Source: a virus (Duplodnaviria; Heunggongvirae; Uroviricota; Caudoviricetes). From it: a stretch of DNA of 38,007 nt. This document shows, piece by piece, positions 8,493 to 17,187 of the stretch (position 1 is the stretch's first letter; the number at the start of each line of letters is the position of its first letter). The position numbers and the translations under genes were made by a program. Where the stretch lies: the IMG/VR virus record IMGVR_UViG_2740892426_000005, one strand, 5' to 3'. The notes under the pieces are model-generated. The model did not search any database, was not told where the DNA came from, and worked only from the letters and a program-made list of their open reading frames with translations.

Positions 8493-10613
8493 ATGAGTAC
8501 ATATCATAATGATCAGCCAATACTAGGTGGTCAAAATGACCCCGATTTATTAAACAGGCTCGATTTTGCAAATCACTTGGCAAATATTCTACTATTAAAT
8601 CACAATGATGATTGCCTTACTGTATCTATAGAGGCAGAGTGGGGATATGGTAAAACGTCAGTGATAAATCTTATAAAAGGTGCTTTGAATGAAAAGGAGT
8701 TCTTACCAATAATAATAGAATATAATCCATGGCTGGCCGGTCAACCTGAATCCTTGATTCAGGATTTTTTATTACAGTTCTCTTCACAACTAAATATTAA
8801 AGACAATTCAAAAGCTGCTTTGGAAGCTTCAAAAGAATTAATTGCATACTCCAATCTCTTCAGTGTAGCAAAACTTATTCCAGGGACAGAACCTTGGGCA
8901 TCTATCATAGAAAAAGTCCTCTCTAATTTTGGGAGTGCTACTAAAAAGATTGCTGAATTAAAAAAACTGGATCTTTTAGGTAGAAAAAAACAAGTAGAGA
9001 AGGCAATAAAAAAAATAAAAAATCCTATTGTGGTAATAATTGATGATATTGATCGATTGACTCCTACAGAAACTTTTCAAGTTTTACGATTGGTTAAAGC
9101 TGTTGCAGATTTCTCAGGAACTTCTTTTTTACTTGCATTTGATCCTAATTATTTGATTTCTGTGCTTGATAAAAATAATATCGTCAATTCTTCGGAGTAT
9201 CTTAATAAAATTGTTCAACTTCGAGTCCCACTTCCTGTAATCTCAGAAAGGGGTATGAATGAACTTGCAAATGCAGAACTGGAAAAGATAGCTAATAAAT
9301 CTTTAACTGACAGATTCGAAAGTGATCAAGAAAGACTAAGCTGGATTTATCATAATTATTTTAAAAAGCTAATTAAGAATCCGAGAGAGTTAAAAAGATT
9401 TTTTAACCATTTGAGATTCGTTTTAGAGCAAATTGAAGGGCAGGTATGTTTTTCTGATCTCTTTGCTTTATCTCTGGTCGCCACTAAATCGAGTTTGGTA
9501 TACGAGCATATTAAAAGCACACCAGAGGCATATATAGGGAAGAGATTCACTAATGATGGCCTTTTGATGGATAAACCTCAAGATATTGTGGATAGATTTA
9601 GTGATGAGCGAAATAAGAAACTGAGTAATTTTTCTGATCAAGAGCGTTCAGTGATGCAGGAACTCTTAGGAGATATTTTCCCACTTCTACAGTCAAGCGG
9701 GTATTCTCATTATGGGGTTTCTGATCCCGATACAGCAGGAAGGGTTTCTGCACCACAAAGGCTTCATATTGCGTTTCATTATAAAACTCCAGCAGGGTAT
9801 ATTTCTGATCATGATATTATCAGTTTCATTAATGGAGATGTTAAAAGAAACGAATTTCTAAGAGATGTGCTCTCGCAAAATGCAGAAGAAAGATTTTTTG
9901 AAATGATGAATAATTATTCGAGTTATTGTAAGGATAATAGTTTTGAAATATTAACGTGTATTTATGATACTTTTCTGTTTTCTCAAGAATTGAAATCCTC
10001 ATTGGAAAGAAACTATGGTTTTTTGACAAAAGATCTTTATAGAAGGATGAATTGGCTCACTAATAAGGTAATATCTGAAAGTGATGATAAATATGGGTTG
10101 ATAAAGGGGGTTGTAGGTAGGCATGAGAATGCGCCACTTGGTGCAGACGTATTATGCCAAGCTCGTAAACAGATTCAAAATGGATGGAATGACAAAATAT
10201 GGGTTAGTATTGAAGAATTGGCTGAACTTGAAGGTATCTTTCAACAGGTGGCTATTAAAGTTTTAAGTGATAAAATATATTTTGATTATCATCTTGAATC
10301 TCATATATTTTTCGAATTAAAGAGAGTTTCATCTCAATTTACATCAGAGTTTATTGCTTCTGTATTATCAAGTGATGGCCTGATTAGGATGTGTGAGATT
10401 ATTGGTGAAACAGGTAGTGATTCAACAAATGGCCCTTATTTTAAGTTTGATGAAATTTACTTCGGGGAAATACTTGATGTGAATGAACTTCGAAATAAAG
10501 CGAAAAATTTAGATTTTTCAATTTATCCCACACGCATTCAAGCTGTACTTAAGAGTATTCTGGATGGACAAAAATATTATTTGAGAGATGCAACTGTTGG
10601 TGAAGATTGGTAA
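8493..10613 (+). CDS. KAP-family P-loop NTPase (706 aa), candidate accessory/defence gene
   Basis: Walker A in KAP context (EAEWGYGKTS), Walker B (VVIIDDIDR), long helical C-terminal region; AT-rich by eye. Start at ATG 8493; the ORF-track start at 8487 is a TTG. Confidence 0.7.
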   Translation: MSTYHNDQPILGGQNDPDLLNRLDFANHLANILLLNHNDDCLTVSIEAEWGYGKTSVINLIKGALNEKEFLPIIIEYNPWLAGQPESLIQDFLLQFSSQLNIKDNSKAALEASKELIAYSNLFSVAKLIPGTEPWASIIEKVLSNFGSATKKIAELKKLDLLGRKKQVEKAIKKIKNPIVVIIDDIDRLTPTETFQVLRLVKAVADFSGTSFLLAFDPNYLISVLDKNNIVNSSEYLNKIVQLRVPLPVISERGMNELANAELEKIANKSLTDRFESDQERLSWIYHNYFKKLIKNPRELKRFFNHLRFVLEQIEGQVCFSDLFALSLVATKSSLVYEHIKSTPEAYIGKRFTNDGLLMDKPQDIVDRFSDERNKKLSNFSDQERSVMQELLGDIFPLLQSSGYSHYGVSDPDTAGRVSAPQRLHIAFHYKTPAGYISDHDIISFINGDVKRNEFLRDVLSQNAEERFFEMMNNYSSYCKDNSFEILTCIYDTFLFSQELKSSLERNYGFLTKDLYRRMNWLTNKVISESDDKYGLIKGVVGRHENAPLGADVLCQARKQIQNGWNDKIWVSIEELAELEGIFQQVAIKVLSDKIYFDYHLESHIFFELKRVSSQFTSEFIASVLSSDGLIRMCEIIGETGSDSTNGPYFKFDEIYFGEILDVNELRNKAKNLDFSIYPTRIQAVLKSILDGQKYYLRDATVGEDW

Positions 10614-10729
10614 TACTTTTATAGGCATGCTTAGAGATGATGGAGTATCTTTTTCTCCCTTTTGAGGAAGTGATTTCCAACTGGGCATGGATGCCACATC
10701 AAATGGACAGTTGTTGTCACCTGTCAGTT

Positions 10730-10753
10730 AGCTGCTATTTGTTTATAGCAGCT
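10730..10753. other. perfect 9-bp stem-loop (AGCTGCTAT / ATAGCAGCT) downstream of the KAP gene
   Basis: Inverted repeat read directly; no flanking T-run, so not a canonical intrinsic terminator. Confidence 0.3.
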
Positions 10754-11057
10754 GAAAGCCCACTACATAGTTACACCAGAAGGAGTAACAATGTAGTGGA
10801 TAGCTAAATTTGACCACCTTAACAGATATGTTAATTTCCCCCCCCTCGCTCACAGCGGACTTTCATCTTTGTAAACCCTTATAATTCGCTTTTCAGCGGT
10901 CATTCAGATACGGATTTACGCTTTCCTTGGCAGTGCATGACTATGACGCATGAGATCGCATGATCGTTTGAGGATCGTTTTTGCTGAGGCCAGCCAGAAC
11001 TGGCGTGCTTTTGCTTATGTCATGCAGGTGCATGAAAACCACTACATAAAGTGGGCA

Positions 11058-11076
11058 GGCGTGGCGGGGATACGAT
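11058..11076. other. cos cohesive-end site GGCGTGGCGGGGATACGAT (P2/186-like)
   Basis: 16/19 match to the 186 cohesive end as I recall it (GGCGTGGCGGGGAAAGCAT); lies in the expected A-to-Q interval in a locally GC-richer patch. Confidence 0.6.
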
Positions 11077-11133
11077 TGCGCGCGCAAGCTAAAGTGGCAA
11101 TAATGAGCATGTAAGGTAAAATTCAAGGAGATT

Positions 11134-11250
11134 ATGATGTATATCTGCGAAAGTCACATTGTTGAATCAAATATAAAAACTAATTTTTTCGCAAAATATA
11201 CGAGGTATTTGTGCTTTTTGTTGTGCAGATACTGTTTGTTTAGATACTGA
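11134..11250 (+). CDS. 38-codon ORF with strong RBS (AAGGAG-N4-ATGATG), out of frame with the downstream RES ORF; possible frameshifted 5' end of that gene
   Basis: Read directly; overlaps the stop-free upstream extension (11177 onward) of the RES reading frame; T6 tract at 11184-11189 and T5 at 11215-11219. Confidence 0.35.
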   Translation: MMYICESHIVESNIKTNFFAKYTRYLCFLLCRYCLFRY

Positions 11251-11269
11251 TTCTTCAGAAGTACGTAAT

Positions 11270-12286
11270 TTGTTGAAAGCTATTCTGAGATATCATTATG
11301 ATGAAGTCGATTACAATACTCATTTTGGAGGGGAGTATTACCCGAGTTTTCTATTGGAAGATGATTTTATTTTCACCAAGGATATACAGGAGCATGATGA
11401 ATCTTTTGGGGAACTCGATAGCGAATTGTGGGATATGGCATTTGATAGTGAGGGAATAAATATTTATGCAGGCTATGGATCTGATGGTCTATATAATACG
11501 CCATATATGTCTATCAGAAATGCACATCAGCCATTTTTAGATTCTCTGTCAAAACAGCTTTCAGAAAAGAATTACCATGATTTTGAAGGTGAGCTAAGAA
11601 GTATTATAAAAGGTTATGGTGATATTTTTTCGAAGATAATAGAAGGAAGTTCTGTGGTATATAGAGCCAGAGTTGGGACTGCTGGCTATAAAACAGCACT
11701 TAGAGGATTTAGCCGTGAAGGAAAGAAAATATTTGTTCCATTTAAAGATAAGGAAATAGGAGCCGTGCCACCACTAAAGGCTACTGCTGGCAGGGCTAAT
11801 AGAGCAGGCGTTTCTTACCTTTATTGTGCTACAGATAGTTATACTGCAATTGCGGAAGTTCGACCTCATCCAACAGATGTGGTTTCAATTGGTAAATTTA
11901 GAGTTGCAAAAGCATTAAAGGTATTCGATTTTTCTTATCCTAATTTTTTAGAGTTTATTGAGAGTGATGAAAGTTTATTATCCATGATACCATATGCAAA
12001 GATGGCAGGTATTTTTAATACTGCAACTCCACCTTCCTTAGAAGGAAGATATAGTGTGTCCCAACTAATATCTGATTGTATAAGGAAAGAGGGGTATGAT
12101 GGTATACAATTTTCAAGTACAGTTGGTAAAGGTAAGAACTTGGTTGTTTTTAATCCTTCATGTATGGAATTTATAGATGGTTCATCAAAAGTAATAGAAA
12201 TTGACAAGGTTCAGTATATTTACGAGGAAAAGCAGGTTGTTGGTATGAATGATCAATGGGAGATTTATTACGATGAAGTTGAATAA
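11270..12286 (+). CDS. RES-domain protein with about 165-aa N-terminal extension (338 aa as called); candidate NAD-targeting toxin/abortive-infection effector
   Basis: RES signature residues in context: GRANRAGVSYLYCATDSYTAIAEV (Arg, Glu) and GYDGIQFSSTVGKGKNLVVF (Ser). The called start is TTG with a weak RBS; the frame is open from 11177; the first in-frame ATG is at 11435. AT-rich by eye. Confidence 0.6.
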   Translation: MLKAILRYHYDEVDYNTHFGGEYYPSFLLEDDFIFTKDIQEHDESFGELDSELWDMAFDSEGINIYAGYGSDGLYNTPYMSIRNAHQPFLDSLSKQLSEKNYHDFEGELRSIIKGYGDIFSKIIEGSSVVYRARVGTAGYKTALRGFSREGKKIFVPFKDKEIGAVPPLKATAGRANRAGVSYLYCATDSYTAIAEVRPHPTDVVSIGKFRVAKALKVFDFSYPNFLEFIESDESLLSMIPYAKMAGIFNTATPPSLEGRYSVSQLISDCIRKEGYDGIQFSSTVGKGKNLVVFNPSCMEFIDGSSKVIEIDKVQYIYEEKQVVGMNDQWEIYYDEVE

Positions 12287-12291
12287 GTGAT

Positions 12292-12329
12292 AATAGCCCC
12301 ATTGAGAATTTTCATTTCTCTTGGGGCTA
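12292..12329. terminator. stem-loop between convergent RES and Q genes (TAGCCCCA...TGGGGCTA with inner GAGAA/TTCTC)
   Basis: Inverted repeat read directly; no strong T-run, so function as a terminator is uncertain. Confidence 0.3.
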
Positions 12330-12338
12330 ACTTAAATA

Positions 12339-13370
12339 TTAATCAAAGCAATATGAATTGAATGTAATTAAATCTTCACCTAGCCAATCATTGACCTCCT
12401 CCATCCTTTTTTGTAAAGGTAGCAACTCGTTTCGAACAAACACATTAGCAGCCTTCTCCACATCCCCAAATCCCCCGAGATTATTTGGCATTATCCCCAT
12501 CATCTGTGGCGGCACGCGGTGTGCTGCCATCATGTCATCGCGACTAACATTTTTGATATTCAGAAATTCATCCTTCGCCGCGACTTCTGACAACGGGATA
12601 ATCTGAAGTCCGTCCTTTTTGCCGTTCGGCGAGTACATAAACAGGTTGCGGAAGTTGCCCGGACCTTTGGCGCTTTTCATCGCATTACGGAGGTTGTTCA
12701 CATCTTCCTGGTTCTGCGCGGCATCGGTCATGTACATGATGAAGCCTGCATGACTACCGTTAATGTAATACTTCCGGCGGAACAGCGTGGCGGACTCGTT
12801 GAGCAGGGCTGACGGAATGGCAGAAAGATAACCGGGCAGGCCGTAGATCTCCTGGTTGATATCCGGTTCCATCAGGTGAAAAATGCTGCCTTTCGTGAAC
12901 TGATACGGCTGTGTAGTCATGCCGTATTGCACAAACCAGTAGGTATCCAGGTCTAACCCGCGTCGGGTGTATTTTGCCAGCGCAGGCTCAAGGGCGATAA
13001 CTTCACCGAATCGGTTCGTGCGTTTCTCCAGGTAGGCGTTACCAAATACCAGATAGTCCTGCACAAAACGTGAAAAAGCCTGCTGGCTGAGCAGCGGGTG
13101 AGGGATGTAGGTACTGGTCAGAATGTTGCACTTTACTGCAATCGGGGAACTGTGATGCACTGCAGCGCGGAAGGTGCGCGCCAGTCCGTCAAAGCTGACG
13201 GGCGGCTCATACCAACGGTCCATCTGTACGCATTCCACATAGTCCAGTAATTCTCGGCGGTCCAGAACAGGAACGGGATCGCCGAAGCTGAATGCTTCGG
13301 CTGTAGTTTGACTTTTAAGCTGGATCTGTTTCGTCGCCGCAGCGCGGTTCTTCTTACTCTTTCCCATCAA
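12339..13370 (-). CDS. Q: portal protein (343 aa)
   Basis: P2 gpQ-like size and position; coupled to P (ATGA overlap). Confidence 0.9.
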   Translation of the reverse strand: MMGKSKKNRAAATKQIQLKSQTTAEAFSFGDPVPVLDRRELLDYVECVQMDRWYEPPVSFDGLARTFRAAVHHSSPIAVKCNILTSTYIPHPLLSQQAFSRFVQDYLVFGNAYLEKRTNRFGEVIALEPALAKYTRRGLDLDTYWFVQYGMTTQPYQFTKGSIFHLMEPDINQEIYGLPGYLSAIPSALLNESATLFRRKYYINGSHAGFIMYMTDAAQNQEDVNNLRNAMKSAKGPGNFRNLFMYSPNGKKDGLQIIPLSEVAAKDEFLNIKNVSRDDMMAAHRVPPQMMGIMPNNLGGFGDVEKAANVFVRNELLPLQKRMEEVNDWLGEDLITFNSYCFD

Positions 13371-15133
13371 AAAATCTCCACAATATTGCTGGTATTGGCG
13401 GATTCGCCCTGCAGCGGTTCGTTAAACAGTGCGTGCATCGTTGCCCAGGCCAGATCGGCGTGGCTGGCTTCTTCGCTGCGGCTGGCTTCATAGGTCGGGC
13501 GGTTGCCACTGGCGGTGGTGGCGCGACGGATTGCCATGAATGACTGCGCAATGTCGGTGTGCCCGGCGTCAAACTCCAGACGGTGGTGGCTGATAATGTC
13601 GTAGGCCTTGAGTACCAGAGCGTTTTTAACGTTGGGGTTGTAGACAAACTCCCGGACGGCTGGAAAAAACGCTTTCACGTTCTCGTAAACCCCGTGGCCG
13701 ACACCTGTCGAGTCGATGCCGATGTAGGTCACGTTGTACTGCTCGGTCAGTTTTTTGATGGCGTCAGCCTGGGCGCGGAAGTCCATGCCGCGCCACTGGT
13801 GACGCTCAAGAATGCGGAACTTACCACCAGGCACGGCTGGCGGTGCCACCACCACGCATCCGGCGCTGTCGCCGTTTTGCGTACCTTTTGCCGGGTCATA
13901 ACCGATCCACACTTCGCGCCAGCCAAACGGGCGCAGAGCCAGTGCATGAAAGTCGGTCCAGACTTCCCAGCTGTCCACCATGCACGCCTGCAGCTCGCTG
14001 AGCGGAAACACGGACGCGAGATCGTCCACAAACTCGCACATCAGCAGGTTCTGGTATTCGTCCGGGCTGTACTCCATGCGTAGCTGGTCGAGGTCGAACA
14101 GGTTACAGCCGCCGCGCACCGCATCTTCCACGGTGACTATCTGGCGGTATTGCCCGTCTGCGCACAGCAGGCCGGGGGCCAGATTGCTGTGGGACAGGTC
14201 GATGTCCACCTTGTCGGCTTTGTTGCGCCCACGGTTGAACAGCGCACCGGACCAGAACGGATAAGCACTGTGTGTCAGACTGGATGGCGTGGAAAAATAG
14301 GTCTGTCGCCATTTTTTGTGAATAGCCATACCGGAAGCCACTTTGTGCAGCTCCTGGAATTTCGGTATCCAGAAATATTCATCCAGATACAGGTTGCCGT
14401 GATAACTCTGGGCCGTGCGGGCATTGGTGCCGAGGAAGTAAAGCGTGGCTCCGTTAGGAAGCATCATCGGATCGCCTTTCAGCTCCACCTCGACTTCTTT
14501 GGCGAAGTCTATGATGTACTGCTTAAAGACGTGAGCCTGTGCCTTACTGGCAGAAAGGAAAATCTGGTTACGTCCGGTAAGCAGGGCGTCAATCAGGGCT
14601 TCACGGGCAAAGTAAAAGGTCGCGCCGATCTGGCGTGACTTCAGCAGGTTGCGGATGCGGTTGTTTTTTCCGGCTTCCCACCAGTGGCGCTGGTAGTTGA
14701 ACATGGAGGAATGGAAAATTTCTTCCAGCTTCTCAATCTGTTCATCGGTGAAAACATTCTTTTCCGGCTGACGGCGTGGGCCTTTATTGCGGTTGGTGAC
14801 GTTAGGGTTTAAGTCGGCTTCGTTGCCGCCATTGTTAAACTTGCCGATCCGCGCGTGGCGCTCAGACTGGCGCGCCAGCAGGTCAATCTCTTTGAAATCT
14901 TTCCCTTCTTTGTGCTCCTTCATAATGAGCTGGCAGTAGCGTGCGGCGGTGGTGAGCTGCATCTGATCCAGCGGCCCATAGTCACCCCACTTGTCGCGTT
15001 TTTTCCAGCTGTGAACGGTTGCAACTTTCTCGCCCAGCATTTCAGCAATGCGGGCGACGCGGTATCCCTGAAAGTACAGCAGCATGGCCTGCCGACGGGG
15101 ATCGAGATCTGCGGGTGTCAGTGTGGTGTTCAT
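13367..15133 (-). CDS. P: terminase large (ATPase) subunit (588 aa)
   Basis: P2 gpP-like size and position adjacent to portal and divergent from O. Confidence 0.9.
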   Translation of the reverse strand: MNTTLTPADLDPRRQAMLLYFQGYRVARIAEMLGEKVATVHSWKKRDKWGDYGPLDQMQLTTAARYCQLIMKEHKEGKDFKEIDLLARQSERHARIGKFNNGGNEADLNPNVTNRNKGPRRQPEKNVFTDEQIEKLEEIFHSSMFNYQRHWWEAGKNNRIRNLLKSRQIGATFYFAREALIDALLTGRNQIFLSASKAQAHVFKQYIIDFAKEVEVELKGDPMMLPNGATLYFLGTNARTAQSYHGNLYLDEYFWIPKFQELHKVASGMAIHKKWRQTYFSTPSSLTHSAYPFWSGALFNRGRNKADKVDIDLSHSNLAPGLLCADGQYRQIVTVEDAVRGGCNLFDLDQLRMEYSPDEYQNLLMCEFVDDLASVFPLSELQACMVDSWEVWTDFHALALRPFGWREVWIGYDPAKGTQNGDSAGCVVVAPPAVPGGKFRILERHQWRGMDFRAQADAIKKLTEQYNVTYIGIDSTGVGHGVYENVKAFFPAVREFVYNPNVKNALVLKAYDIISHHRLEFDAGHTDIAQSFMAIRRATTASGNRPTYEASRSEEASHADLAWATMHALFNEPLQGESANTSNIVEIF

Positions 15134-15179
15134 GGCACAAACCTACAGCCTTGAATGAAGGCTTTCCCCGCCTGCGGTT

Positions 15180-15197
15180 TGTGTGGTTGTCGGTACA
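15180..15197. promoter_or_regulatory. Ogr-type late activator site TGT-N12-ACA in the P/O divergent region
   Basis: TGTGTGGTTGTCGGTACA read directly; P2 late promoters carry TGT-N12-ACA dyads upstream. Confidence 0.5.
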
Positions 15198-15275
15198 AAT
15201 ACCGCGCATTGTTTCACTGCCCCCATCACCGCAACCATAAGGCTCCAGTAAGTTTTTTCTAACGGAGCACGGCTC

Positions 15276-16109
15276 ATGACAGTGAAAGCAAAGCGTTTTC
15301 GCATCGGGGTGGAAGGTGCCACCACCGACGGACGCGAAATCCAGCGTGAATGGCTGGAACAGATGGCAGCCAGCTACAACCCGGCGGTGTATACCGCGCT
15401 GATTAACCTTGAGCACATCAAGTCTTATCTGCCGGACAGCACCTTTAACCGCTACGGCAAGGTGACGGCGCTGTTTGCTGAAGAAATCACGGAAGGTCCG
15501 CTGGCGGGCAAGATGGCACTGTATGCCGACGTTGAGCCAACGGAGTCCCTGGTGGAACTGGTGAAAAAAGGCCAGAAATTATTCACCTCTATGGAAGTCA
15601 GCCCGAAGTTTGCTGATACGGGCAAAGCCTACCTGGTCGGCCTAGCTGCCACTGATGACCCTGCCAGTCTGGGTACGGAAATGCTGACATTCAGCGCCAG
15701 TGCAGCCCATAACCCGCTGGCAAACCGCAAGCAGAATCCCGCCAATCTTTTTACCGCTGCAGAGGAAACGGTGATCGAACTGGAAGAAATCCAGGAGGAC
15801 AAGCCGTCCCTGTTTGCCCGTGTCACGGCGCTGTTTACCAAAAAAGAGCAGTCCGACGATGCCCGGTTCTCTGATGTGCATAAGGCCGTGGAGCTGGTCG
15901 CCACTGAGCAGCAAAACCTGAGCGTGCGCACCGAAAAATCCCTGTCTGAGCAGGAAGAACGCCTGTCTGAGCTGGAGACTGCTCTGCAGGAGCAGCAAAC
16001 CGCCTTTAACGAACTGGTGAATAAGCTGAGTCAAGAAGACAGCCGCCAGGACTACCGCCAGCGTGCAACAGGCGGTAACGCCCCCGCTGACACTCTGACC
16101 AATTGCTGA
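15276..16109 (+). CDS. O: capsid scaffolding protein (277 aa)
   Basis: P2 gpO-like size and position; acidic coiled-coil C-terminal half. Confidence 0.85.
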   Translation: MTVKAKRFRIGVEGATTDGREIQREWLEQMAASYNPAVYTALINLEHIKSYLPDSTFNRYGKVTALFAEEITEGPLAGKMALYADVEPTESLVELVKKGQKLFTSMEVSPKFADTGKAYLVGLAATDDPASLGTEMLTFSASAAHNPLANRKQNPANLFTAAEETVIELEEIQEDKPSLFARVTALFTKKEQSDDARFSDVHKAVELVATEQQNLSVRTEKSLSEQEERLSELETALQEQQTAFNELVNKLSQEDSRQDYRQRATGGNAPADTLTNC

Positions 16110-16125
16110 TGGAGCACAAAACCTG

Positions 16126-17184
16126 ATGAAGAAGAATACCCGCTTTGCTTTTAACGCTTACCTGCAGCAGCTGGCGCGTCTGAACGGTGTGGCAGTTGAA
16201 GAGCTGTCCAGCAAGTTCACCGTGGAGCCGTCCGTGCAGCAGACGCTGGAAGACCAGATCCAGCAGTCCGCCGCTTTCCTGACGCTGATTAATGTCACCC
16301 CGGTGACTGAACAGTCCGGTCAACTGCTGGGGCTGGGTGTTGGTAGTACCATTGCCGGAACCACTGATACCACCGCAAAAGAGCGTGAGCCTGTCGATCC
16401 GACGCTGATGGTCGATGTGGAATATAAATGCGAGCAGACCAACTTTGACACGGTGCTGACCTACGCGAAGCTGGACCTGTGGGCGAAATTTCAGGATTTC
16501 CAGGTGCGTATCCGTGACGCCATCGTGAAACGTCAGGCACTGGACCGCATCATGATCGGCTTTAACGGCGTGAAGCGTGCGAAAACCTCCAACCGTAGTG
16601 AAAACCCGCTGCTGCAGGATGTGAACAAAGGCTGGCTGCAGAAAATCCGTGAAGATGCACCGGATCACGTCATGGGTAGCACCACCACGGGCGGTGAAAC
16701 CACACCGGGTGCGGTGAAAGTCGGGAAAGGTGGCGAATATGCCAACCTGGACGCCGTGGTGATGGATGCCGTCAATGAGCTTATCGACGTGGTCTACCAG
16801 GACGATGACGATCTGGTGGTGATTTGCGGTCGTGAACTGCTGTCTGACAAATATTTCCCGCTGGTCAACAAAGAGCAGGAAAACAGTGAAAAACTGGCAG
16901 CCGATATGATTATCAGTCAGAAACGCATGGGCGGTCTGCAGGCCGTGCGTGCGCCGTTCTTCCCGCCGAATGCGCTGCTGATCACCCGTCTGGATAACTT
17001 GTCCATCTACTGGCAGGAAGACACCCGCCGCCGTTCAGTTATCGACAACCCGAAACGTGACCGGATTGAAAACTTTGAATCTGTTAACGAAGCCTATGTG
17101 GTTGAGGACTACCGCTGCGCTGCACTGGTGGAAAACATCCAGATTGGCGATTTCAGCGCCGCTGCAGCAGAAGCCGGAGCGTAA
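16126..17184 (+). CDS. N: major capsid protein (352 aa)
   Basis: P2 gpN-like size and position. Confidence 0.9.
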   Translation: MKKNTRFAFNAYLQQLARLNGVAVEELSSKFTVEPSVQQTLEDQIQQSAAFLTLINVTPVTEQSGQLLGLGVGSTIAGTTDTTAKEREPVDPTLMVDVEYKCEQTNFDTVLTYAKLDLWAKFQDFQVRIRDAIVKRQALDRIMIGFNGVKRAKTSNRSENPLLQDVNKGWLQKIREDAPDHVMGSTTTGGETTPGAVKVGKGGEYANLDAVVMDAVNELIDVVYQDDDDLVVICGRELLSDKYFPLVNKEQENSEKLAADMIISQKRMGGLQAVRAPFFPPNALLITRLDNLSIYWQEDTRRRSVIDNPKRDRIENFESVNEAYVVEDYRCAALVENIQIGDFSAAAAEAGA

Positions 17185-17187
17185 CCC

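Noticed and set aside
10941-11126. 61-aa minus-strand ORF overlapping the cos region
   Set aside because: TTG start, no RBS, overlaps the cos site and its GC-richer flank; more likely non-coding packaging signal DNA.
13559-15154. Multiple plus-strand ORFs (94-174 aa) inside the terminase gene P region
   Set aside because: Antisense to a conserved 588-aa CDS; low-complexity Arg/Ala/Gly-rich translations typical of spurious frames.
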